Numbered from the stretch's first letter, positions 1 to 8,736 are shown. The stretch: DNA of 32,000 nucleotides from an uncultured archaeon (GCA_964551375.1 CAZKBG010000001.1:747329-779328); one strand, 5' to 3'. Program-made: numbers and translations. The notes: generated by a model from the letters alone, not told the origin.

Positions 1-72
1 GTATAAAAAATGTTAAAAGTATAAAAAATGTTAAAAGTATAAAAAATGTTAAAAGTATAAAAAATGTTAAAA
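1..72. repeat. Perfect tandem repeat, 18-bp unit GTATAAAAAATGTTAAAA x4, cut by the window edge
   Basis: Read directly: the units at 1-18, 19-36, 37-54 and 55-72 are identical. The array may continue upstream of the window. Each unit contains a TATA-box-like TATAAAAAA. Confidence 0.95.
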
Positions 73-117
73 GCATTGGGAATAATTTTGCTCGGTAAGT
101 CTATTTGTTTTATTGAT

Positions 118-870
118 TTACAAAAACATTTTCAGCACTAAAACAAACAATACTCCAATAACAAGGGAGAAAATTGTTTTCTGATTAGTAATTCTCTGGC
201 AGGAAGCGGGGATTAATTCATCGCCTGAAATATAAATCATAACTCCTGCAGTAACTCCGCTGATTAATCCAATTGCCCAAAAAGGAATTAACTGATAAAG
301 ATAAAACGCAAATGCAAATCCGATTAAAGTAGGCAAAGCAGTAACTGATGAAACAAGAAATGCCTTCCACTTCTTTTTTGTCAAGGCATAATAAGGCGCG
401 GCAGTGGAAATTCCTTCAGGAATATGGTGAAGCGCCATTGCAAGCGCAACAGTGAGCGAAAGGCTGAAATTACTAAAAAATCCAATTGCAATCGCCATTC
501 CTTCAGGAAAGTTGTGAAAAAACATTCCCCCAATTAAATACACTGGGGTTTTTTTGCTAATCTTGCCCTGCTTAACATTTGAATCAATAAGTTTGAACTG
601 TTCGGTAATGTAAGGCACTGCGCTTTCAAGGATAAACATAAACCCCGCACCAACCGCAACTCCAATTGAGGCAATAACGATTCCAGACATTGCAATAGCG
701 GTCGGAATAAGCTCCAAAAATGAGATTGAAAGCATAACGCCTGCGGCAAACGCAAGCATGTTAAAGACAAAACTGTCTTTTGGCTTTTTTAAAACTCCAA
801 GAGCCGAGCCAAGTATCGGACCGACAACCGAAAGCACCAGAATTAATGTAATTTGGCCAAATTCCTGCAT
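118..870 (-). CDS. ZIP-family divalent metal transporter (ZupT-like)
   Basis: Multi-pass hydrophobic protein with ZIP signatures HNFPEGMAIA and HHIPEG. The ORF track starts at TTG 888; I prefer the in-frame ATG at 870 (MQEFGQ...). Confidence 0.85.
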   Translation of the reverse strand: MQEFGQITLILVLSVVGPILGSALGVLKKPKDSFVFNMLAFAAGVMLSISFLELIPTAIAMSGIVIASIGVAVGAGFMFILESAVPYITEQFKLIDSNVKQGKISKKTPVYLIGGMFFHNFPEGMAIAIGFFSNFSLSLTVALAMALHHIPEGISTAAPYYALTKKKWKAFLVSSVTALPTLIGFAFAFYLYQLIPFWAIGLISGVTAGVMIYISGDELIPASCQRITNQKTIFSLVIGVLFVLVLKMFL

Positions 871-971
871 ACCTAAACACTTTTTCAAAAGCTTATTAAA
901 GAATCCTTTATGGGAACGTTTTTAACCATAAATAAGTATAGTTTTCTTACTCTTTTAACGGGGGTTAGTCA

Positions 972-2057
972 ATGATATCAGCAAAAGAAGCTAAAATGGA
1001 CATAAAAGAATTTTTGAAAACCAAGGTTCCTGAAATAGAAAATGAAATAGAAAAATTCATCCCAAGAAAGCCCACAAAAAAATGGATTGAAAGCGCGCTT
1101 GGAAAAACAGTGTTTGAACTTGACTTAATCGCCTATGAAAAAGGAGTAAACGAGCCTATTTGGGAGCTTTTAGACCGAGGGGGAAAAAGATTTCGCCCGG
1201 TAATGACCTGCCTTGTTGCAGAAGCAGTTGGCGGAAAATACGAAGACGCGCTAAAACTTGCTCCAATGGTAGAAATAATTCACAACGGGACTTTAATGCA
1301 GGATGATGTGGAAGACGATTCGCAGGCAAGAAGAGGAAAACCCTGCACTCATAAAGTATACGGCGTAGACACAGCAGTAAACACAGGAACAATAATGTAC
1401 TTTTGGCCGATGGTAAAAATACTAACCGACGAGTACAAACTCGGCGACAAAAAAAGACTTCAAATTTATGACATATTCCTTCGCGAACTATTAAGAGTAT
1501 GTTCTGGGCAAGCATGGGATATAGCATGGCACCACGGAGGATTCACTCCAAACGAAGCAGAGTATCTAAACATGTGCCTAAGCAAAACTGGGGTTCTTAC
1601 AAGATTTGCGTGCCAGCTGGGGGCAATAAGCGGAGGAGCGACTAAGGAACAATTTGACGCTCTTGGAGACTTTGGGCAGATAGTTGGAGTAGGATTTCAA
1701 ATCCAAGATGATATACTTGAATTAACCGAAGATAAATTCAAAGAAGGGAAAGGAAGCATCGGCGGAGATATTCATGAAGGCAAGAGAACGCTCATAGTTA
1801 TTAGAACTATTGACAAAGCAAATGCAAAAGACAGAGCGCGCCTTGTGGAAATACTTGATTCCCACACGCTGGACCCAAAAGTAATACAAGAAGCGCTTGA
1901 CATCATAAACAAATACGATGGAATAGCATATGCAAAAAAAAGAGCGGAAGAATTAGTTCTTGACGCGTGGAAAAGAGCGGACAAGGTTCTAAAAGACAGC
2001 AACGCAAAATCTCTTTTGAAGAAATTTGCAGAGTTTTTAGTAGACAGAAAAATTTGA
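972..2057 (+). CDS. idsA: trans-prenyl diphosphate synthase (GGPP synthase-like)
   Basis: 361 aa. First Asp-rich motif is LMQDDVEDD followed by RRGKP; second Asp-rich motif is FQIQDDILE. A G-rich site (GGGGG) lies 9 nt upstream. Product chain length cannot be inferred. Confidence 0.85.
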   Translation: MISAKEAKMDIKEFLKTKVPEIENEIEKFIPRKPTKKWIESALGKTVFELDLIAYEKGVNEPIWELLDRGGKRFRPVMTCLVAEAVGGKYEDALKLAPMVEIIHNGTLMQDDVEDDSQARRGKPCTHKVYGVDTAVNTGTIMYFWPMVKILTDEYKLGDKKRLQIYDIFLRELLRVCSGQAWDIAWHHGGFTPNEAEYLNMCLSKTGVLTRFACQLGAISGGATKEQFDALGDFGQIVGVGFQIQDDILELTEDKFKEGKGSIGGDIHEGKRTLIVIRTIDKANAKDRARLVEILDSHTLDPKVIQEALDIINKYDGIAYAKKRAEELVLDAWKRADKVLKDSNAKSLLKKFAEFLVDRKI

Positions 2058-2090
2058 AATGAATTAAATTAATTATTTGGAGGGACAATT

Positions 2091-3149
2091 ATGGCTAAAG
2101 CAAAATTATCAGCAACTGAGAATCGAAAAAAAGAACACCTTGAGCTTTGCGCAAAAAAAGATGTCGGTTTTCACAATAAAACTACTCTTCTTGAAGCGGT
2201 AGAGCTTGACTACAAATGCCTCCCTGAAATAAGCATGAGCGAAGTGAACTTATCAACAGAATTTTTAGGAAAAAAATTCGCATTCCCTTTCATGGTGAGC
2301 GCAATGACGGGCGGAGCGCAGATAGCAAAAAAAGTAAATTTAGAAATTGCAGCAGCATGCCAGGAAATGGGGATAGGAATGGGCTTAGGAAGCATGAGAG
2401 CAATGCTCCAACAACCATCACTCGCAGAAACTTATTATGTTAGAGACGCAGCACCGGATATTTTTGTAGCAGGAAATATTGGCGCAGCTCAATTAAAGCA
2501 ATATAATCCAGACCAGTTAAATGAAGCCCTTGAAGCAGTGGGCGCAGATGCACTTGCAATACACATGAATGCCGCACAGGAAGCAGTTCAGCCAGAAGGA
2601 GACGCAGATTTTTCAGCGCTGATAGTAAAAGTCGCTGAATTTGCAAATGAAATTAATGTTCCAGTTTATGTAAAAGAAGTAGGGCACGGCGTATCATATG
2701 ACGTTGCATTTGCTTTGAAAGGAACAAACATACGCGCAATTGATGTTCAAGGAGCCGGCGGAACAAGCTGGACCGCAGTTGACGCGCTTCGCCACAAAGA
2801 AGGATTTGGATTGGCATTTAGAGAATTTGGAATACCCACCGCAGTATCAGTAATTGGAGTGAAATCAGCGCTCTACGGAACAGACAAAAAGATAATTGCT
2901 TCAGGCGGAATAAGAACCGGACTTGACGCAGTAAAAGCAATAGTTCTTGGCGCAAATATGACTGCCGCTGCGATGCCGGTGCTTCAAGCTCAGCAGAAAA
3001 AAGGAATTGAAGGAATAATGAATTACTTAAGCGGACTGCAGAGAGAAATGAATATAACTGCATTTTTGCTTGGTTGCAAGAATATTAAAGAACTTCATGA
3101 AGAGAAACCCCTGCTTTTGGGCAGATTAACTGAATGGCTAAAGCAATAA
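2091..3149 (+). CDS. fni: Type 2 (FMN-dependent) isopentenyl-diphosphate delta-isomerase
   Basis: 352 aa with the hallmark IDI2 motifs NRKKEHLEL, SAMTGG, AAQEAVQPEGD, VKEVGHG, QGAGGTSW and SGGIRTGLD. A GGAGGG ribosome-binding site lies upstream. Confidence 0.93.
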   Translation: MAKAKLSATENRKKEHLELCAKKDVGFHNKTTLLEAVELDYKCLPEISMSEVNLSTEFLGKKFAFPFMVSAMTGGAQIAKKVNLEIAAACQEMGIGMGLGSMRAMLQQPSLAETYYVRDAAPDIFVAGNIGAAQLKQYNPDQLNEALEAVGADALAIHMNAAQEAVQPEGDADFSALIVKVAEFANEINVPVYVKEVGHGVSYDVAFALKGTNIRAIDVQGAGGTSWTAVDALRHKEGFGLAFREFGIPTAVSVIGVKSALYGTDKKIIASGGIRTGLDAVKAIVLGANMTAAAMPVLQAQQKKGIEGIMNYLSGLQREMNITAFLLGCKNIKELHEEKPLLLGRLTEWLKQ

Positions 3150-3174
3150 ATACTAGTTTTGATGTGATGTTCTT

Positions 3175-4983
3175 ATGCAAATTGAACTAGGAAAAGTTAA
3201 ATCAAAGGGACAGGGGACAATAGAATACCTGGTTATCATTGCGGTAGTGATAGTAATAGCGCTTGTTGTAGTTGGAATTATTTCAGGAATTTTTGGGGAC
3301 AGCTCCGCGCAGGTTTTAAGCGGCGGCGAAGCCCTTGGAAACGTATCAAATTCAGCAGGAATTAATATTGTTGATTCAGTTTCAGATCCAAGCGGAAACG
3401 GATTAATCACGCTTCAGAATTTATCCCCTGACACAGTGACTATTTCACAAATCACCACTCCGGAGGGCGGGGGCGGGACATTTAATACAAATGTTACTCC
3501 GGGCGATTCAAGAACGTTTTCACTCAACGATCTTAATGCAAGCTGCTTATGCTCGGCAGGCGAAGTGAGAAAAATATGCAATTTTATTTTTTCAATTACA
3601 ACTGCGTCAGGACTTGAAAAACAAGAAACTGTTTCAGTAACAGTTGACTGCTCAACTCAAAATGTGAATCCAGGAGATAGGGTAATTCCACCTCTTGACT
3701 CAACCGCGCCACAAGTTGCGCTGTCATCTCCAAGCGGAACCATTTTGTACGCAAATCCAATAACATTCACTTACACTGCGACCGACAATACTGCAGTGTC
3801 CAGCTGTTCGCTTCTAATAAACGGGGCAGTTGCCCAAACTGATTCCACAGCTCCGTTTGGTTCATTTACGCAGAGCATGACTCTTGGAAAGTACAATTGG
3901 TCAGTGTCCTGCCAAGATGCAAGAGCAAACACTGCTGTTCCAACAGCGGTTGACTTTAATGTATTTACAGCATTTCCTGTAGATTACTTCTTTTACAAAA
4001 ATTCATGGCCTACTTCTTCAATGACCAAGATTTCTTCAACAACAGGCGCGCTGCTTGCAACATTAAGCACAATGGACGCCGACGCATATCACACATTTTA
4101 CTTAGACTCTGATAGAAATTATTTGTGGGTTCCGCACCAGCACGGAAGCGCGACTCCGCAAGTGCCAAATTTAATAAAGATTGATTCAATATCAACAACA
4201 AAAATAGGGCAGTATTCCTCCCCATGCCCAGACATTTATTCAGGAATAGTTGACGGAAGCGGAAATGTATACCTTGGCGGAGGATGGAATTCAAGAGTAA
4301 TTTGCAAATACGACACTTCAGGAACAAATGTTTCTAACTTTACTCCTGATGCAAATATTACCACAACACTCGGACTCACAATCGACTCAAGCAGCAATTT
4401 ATGGATTTACGACCTTGGCGCAAACGGAACTCCTGCAACAACTACTGTGCAAAAGCTTGATTCTTCAACAGGAACAAAAATCCTTGAATTTGAAACAGAC
4501 TGCAACGCAGCAACATTTGCAATTCCGCTTGACGCATTCAAATTTGATTCACTTGGGCAATTATGGCTTGCGTGCGAAACTCCATCAAAAACATATGTTT
4601 ACAGCTCAACAGGGACAAAGCTTTACGAGTTTAACTTTAAGACATTAAGAATAACTCCTGACCAGTTGGGCAAAGTGTACCTGCTTTCCTCAGATAGAAA
4701 CATAATGAAAGTGGACGCATCAAACTATGCTATTCTTTGGAATAATCCATTAAGTTATGCTGATACAGTGACTCATTTCTTCATACAGCCGACTGAAGAC
4801 AAGGGACAGCTAATTGTCGGAAGACAGAATGCAAGCGGTTACATATCAACTTACGATACTAACACAGGGCTTAATGTGAACAACTGGACAAGCGGAAGCA
4901 CTCAAACAACGGGCTCAATAGCCGCACAAAGCCCTGATCCAAACGGATTCTACCACTGGATGCTTTATTCAGGAAAAAAATAA
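3175..4983 (+). CDS. Class III signal-peptide (archaeal pilin-like) protein with large extracellular Ig-like / beta-propeller-like region
   Basis: The N-terminus is MQIELGKVKSKG|QGTIEYLVIIAVVIVIALVV, i.e. a basic leader, G/Q cleavage context, an invariant E and a hydrophobic helix. An Ig-like segment follows (DSTAPQVALSSP...TATDNTAV). After it come repeated blade-like segments (YLWV, NVYLGGGW, NLWIYD, QLWLAC, KVYLLS). It starts 25 nt after fni. Confidence 0.75.
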   Translation: MQIELGKVKSKGQGTIEYLVIIAVVIVIALVVVGIISGIFGDSSAQVLSGGEALGNVSNSAGINIVDSVSDPSGNGLITLQNLSPDTVTISQITTPEGGGGTFNTNVTPGDSRTFSLNDLNASCLCSAGEVRKICNFIFSITTASGLEKQETVSVTVDCSTQNVNPGDRVIPPLDSTAPQVALSSPSGTILYANPITFTYTATDNTAVSSCSLLINGAVAQTDSTAPFGSFTQSMTLGKYNWSVSCQDARANTAVPTAVDFNVFTAFPVDYFFYKNSWPTSSMTKISSTTGALLATLSTMDADAYHTFYLDSDRNYLWVPHQHGSATPQVPNLIKIDSISTTKIGQYSSPCPDIYSGIVDGSGNVYLGGGWNSRVICKYDTSGTNVSNFTPDANITTTLGLTIDSSSNLWIYDLGANGTPATTTVQKLDSSTGTKILEFETDCNAATFAIPLDAFKFDSLGQLWLACETPSKTYVYSSTGTKLYEFNFKTLRITPDQLGKVYLLSSDRNIMKVDASNYAILWNNPLSYADTVTHFFIQPTEDKGQLIVGRQNASGYISTYDTNTGLNVNNWTSGSTQTTGSIAAQSPDPNGFYHWMLYSGKK

Positions 4984-4990
4984 AACCAGC

Positions 4991-5036
4991 TCGACAATTG
5001 ACGAAGGTCGTTTCGTTTTCTGGATAGGTTTTTATA
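4991..5036 (+). promoter_or_regulatory. Candidate promoter plus upstream operator, copy 1: CAATTGACGA-N15-CTGGATAGGTTTTTATA
   Basis: Near-identical to 9233-9278. The TTTTTATA box at 5029-5036 lies ~125 nt upstream of the gltD-like start. Confidence 0.55.
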
Positions 5037-5159
5037 CTTGTTTTCCCCTAAATTTCGTCTGCCTTTGGTGAGCGGCATTAGCTTAACCTTAGGGCATATG
5101 GGGATTTGAAAAAGTTTAGTAAAAGATAAAGATTTTGGGCAGAAAAATGGTGTTATTAG

Positions 5160-6509
5160 ATGAAAGTTCCTTTACTACCTATAGAAGAAAGAAAGACTAC
5201 TTTTAAGGAAGTTGAAACCGGCTTTACAAAAGAACAGGCATTAGCCGAAGCAGCACGATGTCTCCAATGCCCTGTTCCATCCTGCGTAAAAGGGTGCCCT
5301 GCTGGAGTAAATATTCCTGGATTTATTAAAGCATTTAAAGAGGGAGACATAATCAAAGCAGTTACAATAATTAGAGAAAGAAACTTTTTTCCAAGCATTT
5401 GCGGCAGGATTTGCCAGCATGAAAGACAATGCGAAGGAAACTGCATATTAGCAAAATCAAAAGACGGGCCTGTGACAATAGGCGGAATTGAAAGATTCAT
5501 CGGAGACAATACGCCCTATCCAGCAAGGCACAATTTAGTAGGAAAACACGTTGCAGTAGTAGGCTCTGGGCCAAGCGGACTCGCAGTAGCAGCATACTTA
5601 TCAGTAATTGGAATTCACGTAACAGTTCTTGAAGGGACAAACACATTTGGCGGAGTAATAAAATACGGCGTTCCAGAATTTCGACTCCCAAAAGACATAG
5701 TTGCAAGAGAAATATCAGGGCTGCACGATTTGGGAATTGATTTTGAGCCAAACGCAAAGATAAATGAAGAATCCCTTGAACAGCTTTCAAAAAAATATGA
5801 CGCGGTTTTTATCGGGACAGGCGTTGGAAGATCAAAAGTTCTTGATGTTCCTGGCTCGGGGCTGAAAAACATAATGAGCGCAATGAAATTTTTGGTAAAT
5901 TTAAATCAGAGCGGGCTGACAATGATTTCTCCAGGAGAAAAAGTTGTAGTAATCGGTTCAGGGTATGTGGGAATAGATGCAGCAAGAAGCGGAGTAAGAC
6001 TTGGCGGAGACATAACCTGCTTAACAGTTGAAACTGAAGAAAAATTAAAAGAAAGAATTTCAATCAAAGACTTTGAAGAATCAAAAGAAGAAGGAGTAAA
6101 GTTTATTTTCGGAGTAAAGGTAAAAGAATTTTTGGGGACTGAAAAAGTGGAAAAAGTTGTTTATGAAAACCATGTTCGCGGAGAACTTGAAGCATCAAAA
6201 GTAGTTTTTGCAATCGGACAGGAGCACGATGATGACGATTCATTAAAAGCTCCGCTAAGAACAAACAAAACAGGATGCATTGATGTTAATGAAAACAACC
6301 AGACAATCATTTCAAATGTATTTGCGGCAGGCGACTGCGTTCACGGGCCAAAAACAGTAATACAAGCGGTTGATTCAGGAAGAAAATCAGCCCAGTCAAT
6401 CATTAGGTTCCTAGACAAAAGAATTGCGAACGAAGCAATGGGGATAAAAAACGTTGACGAGCCTGAGAAAGTTATTCCAAAAGTCGACACTACGAATAAA
6501 GATATATAA
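5160..6509 (+). CDS. GltD/NfnB/SudA-family Fe-S flavoprotein pyridine-nucleotide oxidoreductase (glutamate synthase small-subunit-like)
   Basis: 449 aa. N-terminal Cys clusters are CLQCPVPSCVKGCPAG and CGRICQHERQCEGNC. Two dinucleotide-binding motifs follow: VAVVGSGPSGLA and VVVIGSGYVGID. GGTG lies upstream of the ATG. Confidence 0.8.
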   Translation: MKVPLLPIEERKTTFKEVETGFTKEQALAEAARCLQCPVPSCVKGCPAGVNIPGFIKAFKEGDIIKAVTIIRERNFFPSICGRICQHERQCEGNCILAKSKDGPVTIGGIERFIGDNTPYPARHNLVGKHVAVVGSGPSGLAVAAYLSVIGIHVTVLEGTNTFGGVIKYGVPEFRLPKDIVAREISGLHDLGIDFEPNAKINEESLEQLSKKYDAVFIGTGVGRSKVLDVPGSGLKNIMSAMKFLVNLNQSGLTMISPGEKVVVIGSGYVGIDAARSGVRLGGDITCLTVETEEKLKERISIKDFEESKEEGVKFIFGVKVKEFLGTEKVEKVVYENHVRGELEASKVVFAIGQEHDDDDSLKAPLRTNKTGCIDVNENNQTIISNVFAAGDCVHGPKTVIQAVDSGRKSAQSIIRFLDKRIANEAMGIKNVDEPEKVIPKVDTTNKDI

Positions 6510-6552
6510 TTTAATGATTTAATTAAATTAATTTTAATTTGGCGGTGAAATT

Positions 6553-7833
6553 ATGAATAAAGAAGCATTCAAAGATTTTTATAAAAAAAGCGTTAAAGAA
6601 AGACAGGAAATAATTTCACGCGAATTTAATCTGACTGATTCTGAAAAAGCACTTCTCACAAAAGAAGGCCCGCTTCCTTTTGAAACAGCAAACAGAATGA
6701 TTGAGAATGTAATAGGGACATTTCCTCTCCCGCTAGGACTAGCAATGAATTTTACAATTGACGGCAAAGAATATGTAGTTCCATTTGTTCTTGAAGAGCC
6801 AAGCGTAGTGGCTGCCGCAAGCAACGCCGCAAAATTATCTTCAGGATTTCGCACAATAGTTGACGAGCCTGTGATGATAGGGCAGATACAGCTTGTGAAA
6901 TGCAAAAATGCTAAAAGCGGACTTGAAAAAATACTTGCAAAGAAAAAAGAGCTTCTTGATGACTTAAAAATGATTGACTCAATTTTAGTGAAATTCGGCG
7001 GAGGACCGCGCGACTTAATCGGAGAGGTAATTAAAACTCCCCGAGGGGAAATGATAGCACTCCAGCTTCTTGTTGACGTGCGAGACGCAATGGGCGCAAA
7101 TGCAATAAACACAATGGCTGAAAAAATTACGCCAAAACTTGAAGAGCTCAGCGGAGGAGAAGTAAGGCTTAGAATTATTTCAAATCTTGCAGTTCATAGA
7201 AAAGCAAAAGCCACAACTACTTGGACAAGAAAATCCCTTGAAGAAAGCTCAAAAGGGGAAATGAAAGGCGAAGAAATAATTGAAAGAATACTTGACGCAT
7301 ACGAATTCGCATCAGCAACACAATTTCGAAGCGCGACACACAACAAAGGAATAATGAACGGAATAGACTCGCTGACAATTGCAACGGGAAATGACTTTAG
7401 AGCAGTAGAAGCAGGTGCGCACAGCTATGCTGCATACAATCACCCTTATGCCCCTCTTACAAAATATTACAAAGACAAAAACGGCGACTTAGTTGGAGAA
7501 ATAGAAATGCCAATGGTGCTTGCAACAATCGGGGGGACAATGAAATCAAACCCTTTAGCACAGCTTTCACTAAAAATACTTGGCGTAAAATCCTCAAAAG
7601 AACTTGCGAGCGTAGGCGCGGCAGTGGGACTTGCGCAAAACTTAGCAGCGCTAAGAGCACTTGCGACAACAGGAATACAAGCAGGGCACATGAAACTTCA
7701 TTCAAAAAACTTAGCCGTTCAAGCAGGTGCAAAAGGAAGCGAAATAGACATAGTTGCTGCGCGAATGGTTGAAGCAAAAGAAGTTACTCAGACAAATGCT
7801 GAAAAAATACTTGCAGAAATAAGAAAGAAATAA
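6553..7833 (+). CDS. hmgA: HMG-CoA reductase, class II (Pseudomonas mevalonii type)
   Basis: 426 aa. Matches class II HMGR along its length by eye: ENVIGTFPLPLG, EEPSVVAAAS, VDVRDAMGANAINTM, ATHNKGIMNGID, ATGNDFRAVEAGAH, GLAQNLAALRALATTGIQAGHMKLH. No N-terminal membrane domain. A GGCGGTGA ribosome-binding site is present. Confidence 0.92.
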   Translation: MNKEAFKDFYKKSVKERQEIISREFNLTDSEKALLTKEGPLPFETANRMIENVIGTFPLPLGLAMNFTIDGKEYVVPFVLEEPSVVAAASNAAKLSSGFRTIVDEPVMIGQIQLVKCKNAKSGLEKILAKKKELLDDLKMIDSILVKFGGGPRDLIGEVIKTPRGEMIALQLLVDVRDAMGANAINTMAEKITPKLEELSGGEVRLRIISNLAVHRKAKATTTWTRKSLEESSKGEMKGEEIIERILDAYEFASATQFRSATHNKGIMNGIDSLTIATGNDFRAVEAGAHSYAAYNHPYAPLTKYYKDKNGDLVGEIEMPMVLATIGGTMKSNPLAQLSLKILGVKSSKELASVGAAVGLAQNLAALRALATTGIQAGHMKLHSKNLAVQAGAKGSEIDIVAARMVEAKEVTQTNAEKILAEIRKK

Positions 7834-7847
7834 TTGGTTTGGCAGTT

Positions 7848-7858
7848 CTGTTTTTTTT
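7848..7858 (+). terminator. Oligo-T tract (T8) after hmgA, archaeal-type terminator candidate
   Basis: CTGTTTTTTTT lies 15-25 nt after the hmgA stop, at the convergent junction with the minus-strand ZIP gene and overlapping its stop codon. Confidence 0.4.
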
Positions 7859-8597
7859 ATTCTAACGCAAGCATTGCAAACATTATTGCTACTCCAATTA
7901 CAATACAAATGAATTGGATTAACGCGTCTTTTTTTGAAAATCTTACATGTAGTTGAGGCAAAAGATCAGTTCCCGCAAGGTAAAGGAATCCGCCAATAGT
8001 AAATGCAATTAAGTAAGGGGTAAATTCCGCAGTTGAAGAAATTACAAGCGCAAAACCTGCTCCGATAAAAGCAGTAAGCGAAATTAAAAAATTATACAAA
8101 AGCGCTTTTTTCTGGGTAAATCCGCTTTTTAATAGAACCCCAAAATCAGCAATCTCCTGCGGAACTTCATGAAGCAAAATTGCTATTGCTGTCGCAACAC
8201 CAACAGCGGGACTTGCAATAAATGCTCCTGCAAGAATTAAACCGTCAATAAAATTATGCATAGCATCTCCAGCGAGAGCAACATATCCAAAAGAAGGCGT
8301 CTCGCAGACATTGCTATGCTCAACATGATGGCAGTGGTGCCAGTGAATAAATTTTTCAAGAACGAAAAATGCAAGCATTCCAACAAGAATAGTTAAGGAT
8401 ACTTCAAGCGATAATCCATTTTTGCTAAGTTCAGGCAGAAGATGGATAAAAACATCTCCTAAAAGCGCCCCTATTGCAAAAGCAACCATTGCCTCAAGAA
8501 AATGCTCAAGCTTTTTGTGATTGATGCTAAGGGTAAAAACGCCGATTAAAGAAGCAAGTGAAATAACTAATAAGGAAATAAATAATTCAAAAAACAT
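7857..8597 (-). CDS. ZIP-family divalent metal transporter with His-rich loop
   Basis: 246 aa, multi-pass. ZIP signature HEVPQEIADFGVL, a His/Cys-rich loop HWHHCHHVEH, and HNFIDG. ATG start at 8597. Confidence 0.85.
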   Translation of the reverse strand: MFFELFISLLVISLASLIGVFTLSINHKKLEHFLEAMVAFAIGALLGDVFIHLLPELSKNGLSLEVSLTILVGMLAFFVLEKFIHWHHCHHVEHSNVCETPSFGYVALAGDAMHNFIDGLILAGAFIASPAVGVATAIAILLHEVPQEIADFGVLLKSGFTQKKALLYNFLISLTAFIGAGFALVISSTAEFTPYLIAFTIGGFLYLAGTDLLPQLHVRFSKKDALIQFICIVIGVAIMFAMLALE

Positions 8598-8654
8598 TTA
8601 ACACACCAAAACTAACTTTTTGCTTTGCAGCATTACAGCAAGTATTTTTCCAAA

Positions 8655-8736
8655 GTTAATAATTTTAAACCTATTTGTTAATAACATTTGTAGTTTACGC
8701 GGGCTAAGTTATTAAGTCAAATTTAGCTGATTTGAC
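8655..8736. promoter_or_regulatory. Candidate operator sites in the ZIP / nikR divergent intergenic region
   Basis: GTTAATAA occurs at 8655 and 8677, a 22-bp (two-turn) spacing. The second copy is part of the palindrome GTTAATAAC. A perfect 7-bp inverted repeat GTCAAAT-N7-ATTTGAC lies at 8716-8736. GCTGATTT is directly repeated at 8725 and 8737. Confidence 0.3.

Noticed and set aside
1-72. Possible CRISPR array
   Set aside because: The units are directly abutting with no spacers and are only 18 bp long, so this is a simple tandem repeat.
5037-5159. Possible small RNA or tRNA-like gene in the long gltD-like leader
   Set aside because: Only short pairings are present (TGCC/GGCA, CCCTAA/TTAGGG). 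I found no cloverleaf, no conserved tRNA boxes and no independent terminator. It is better treated as a 5' leader until conservation is tested.
6579-7112. 177-aa minus-strand ORF
   Set aside because: It is antisense to the class II HMG-CoA reductase, which has unambiguous motifs. The composition is shadow-like (S/F/I-rich).
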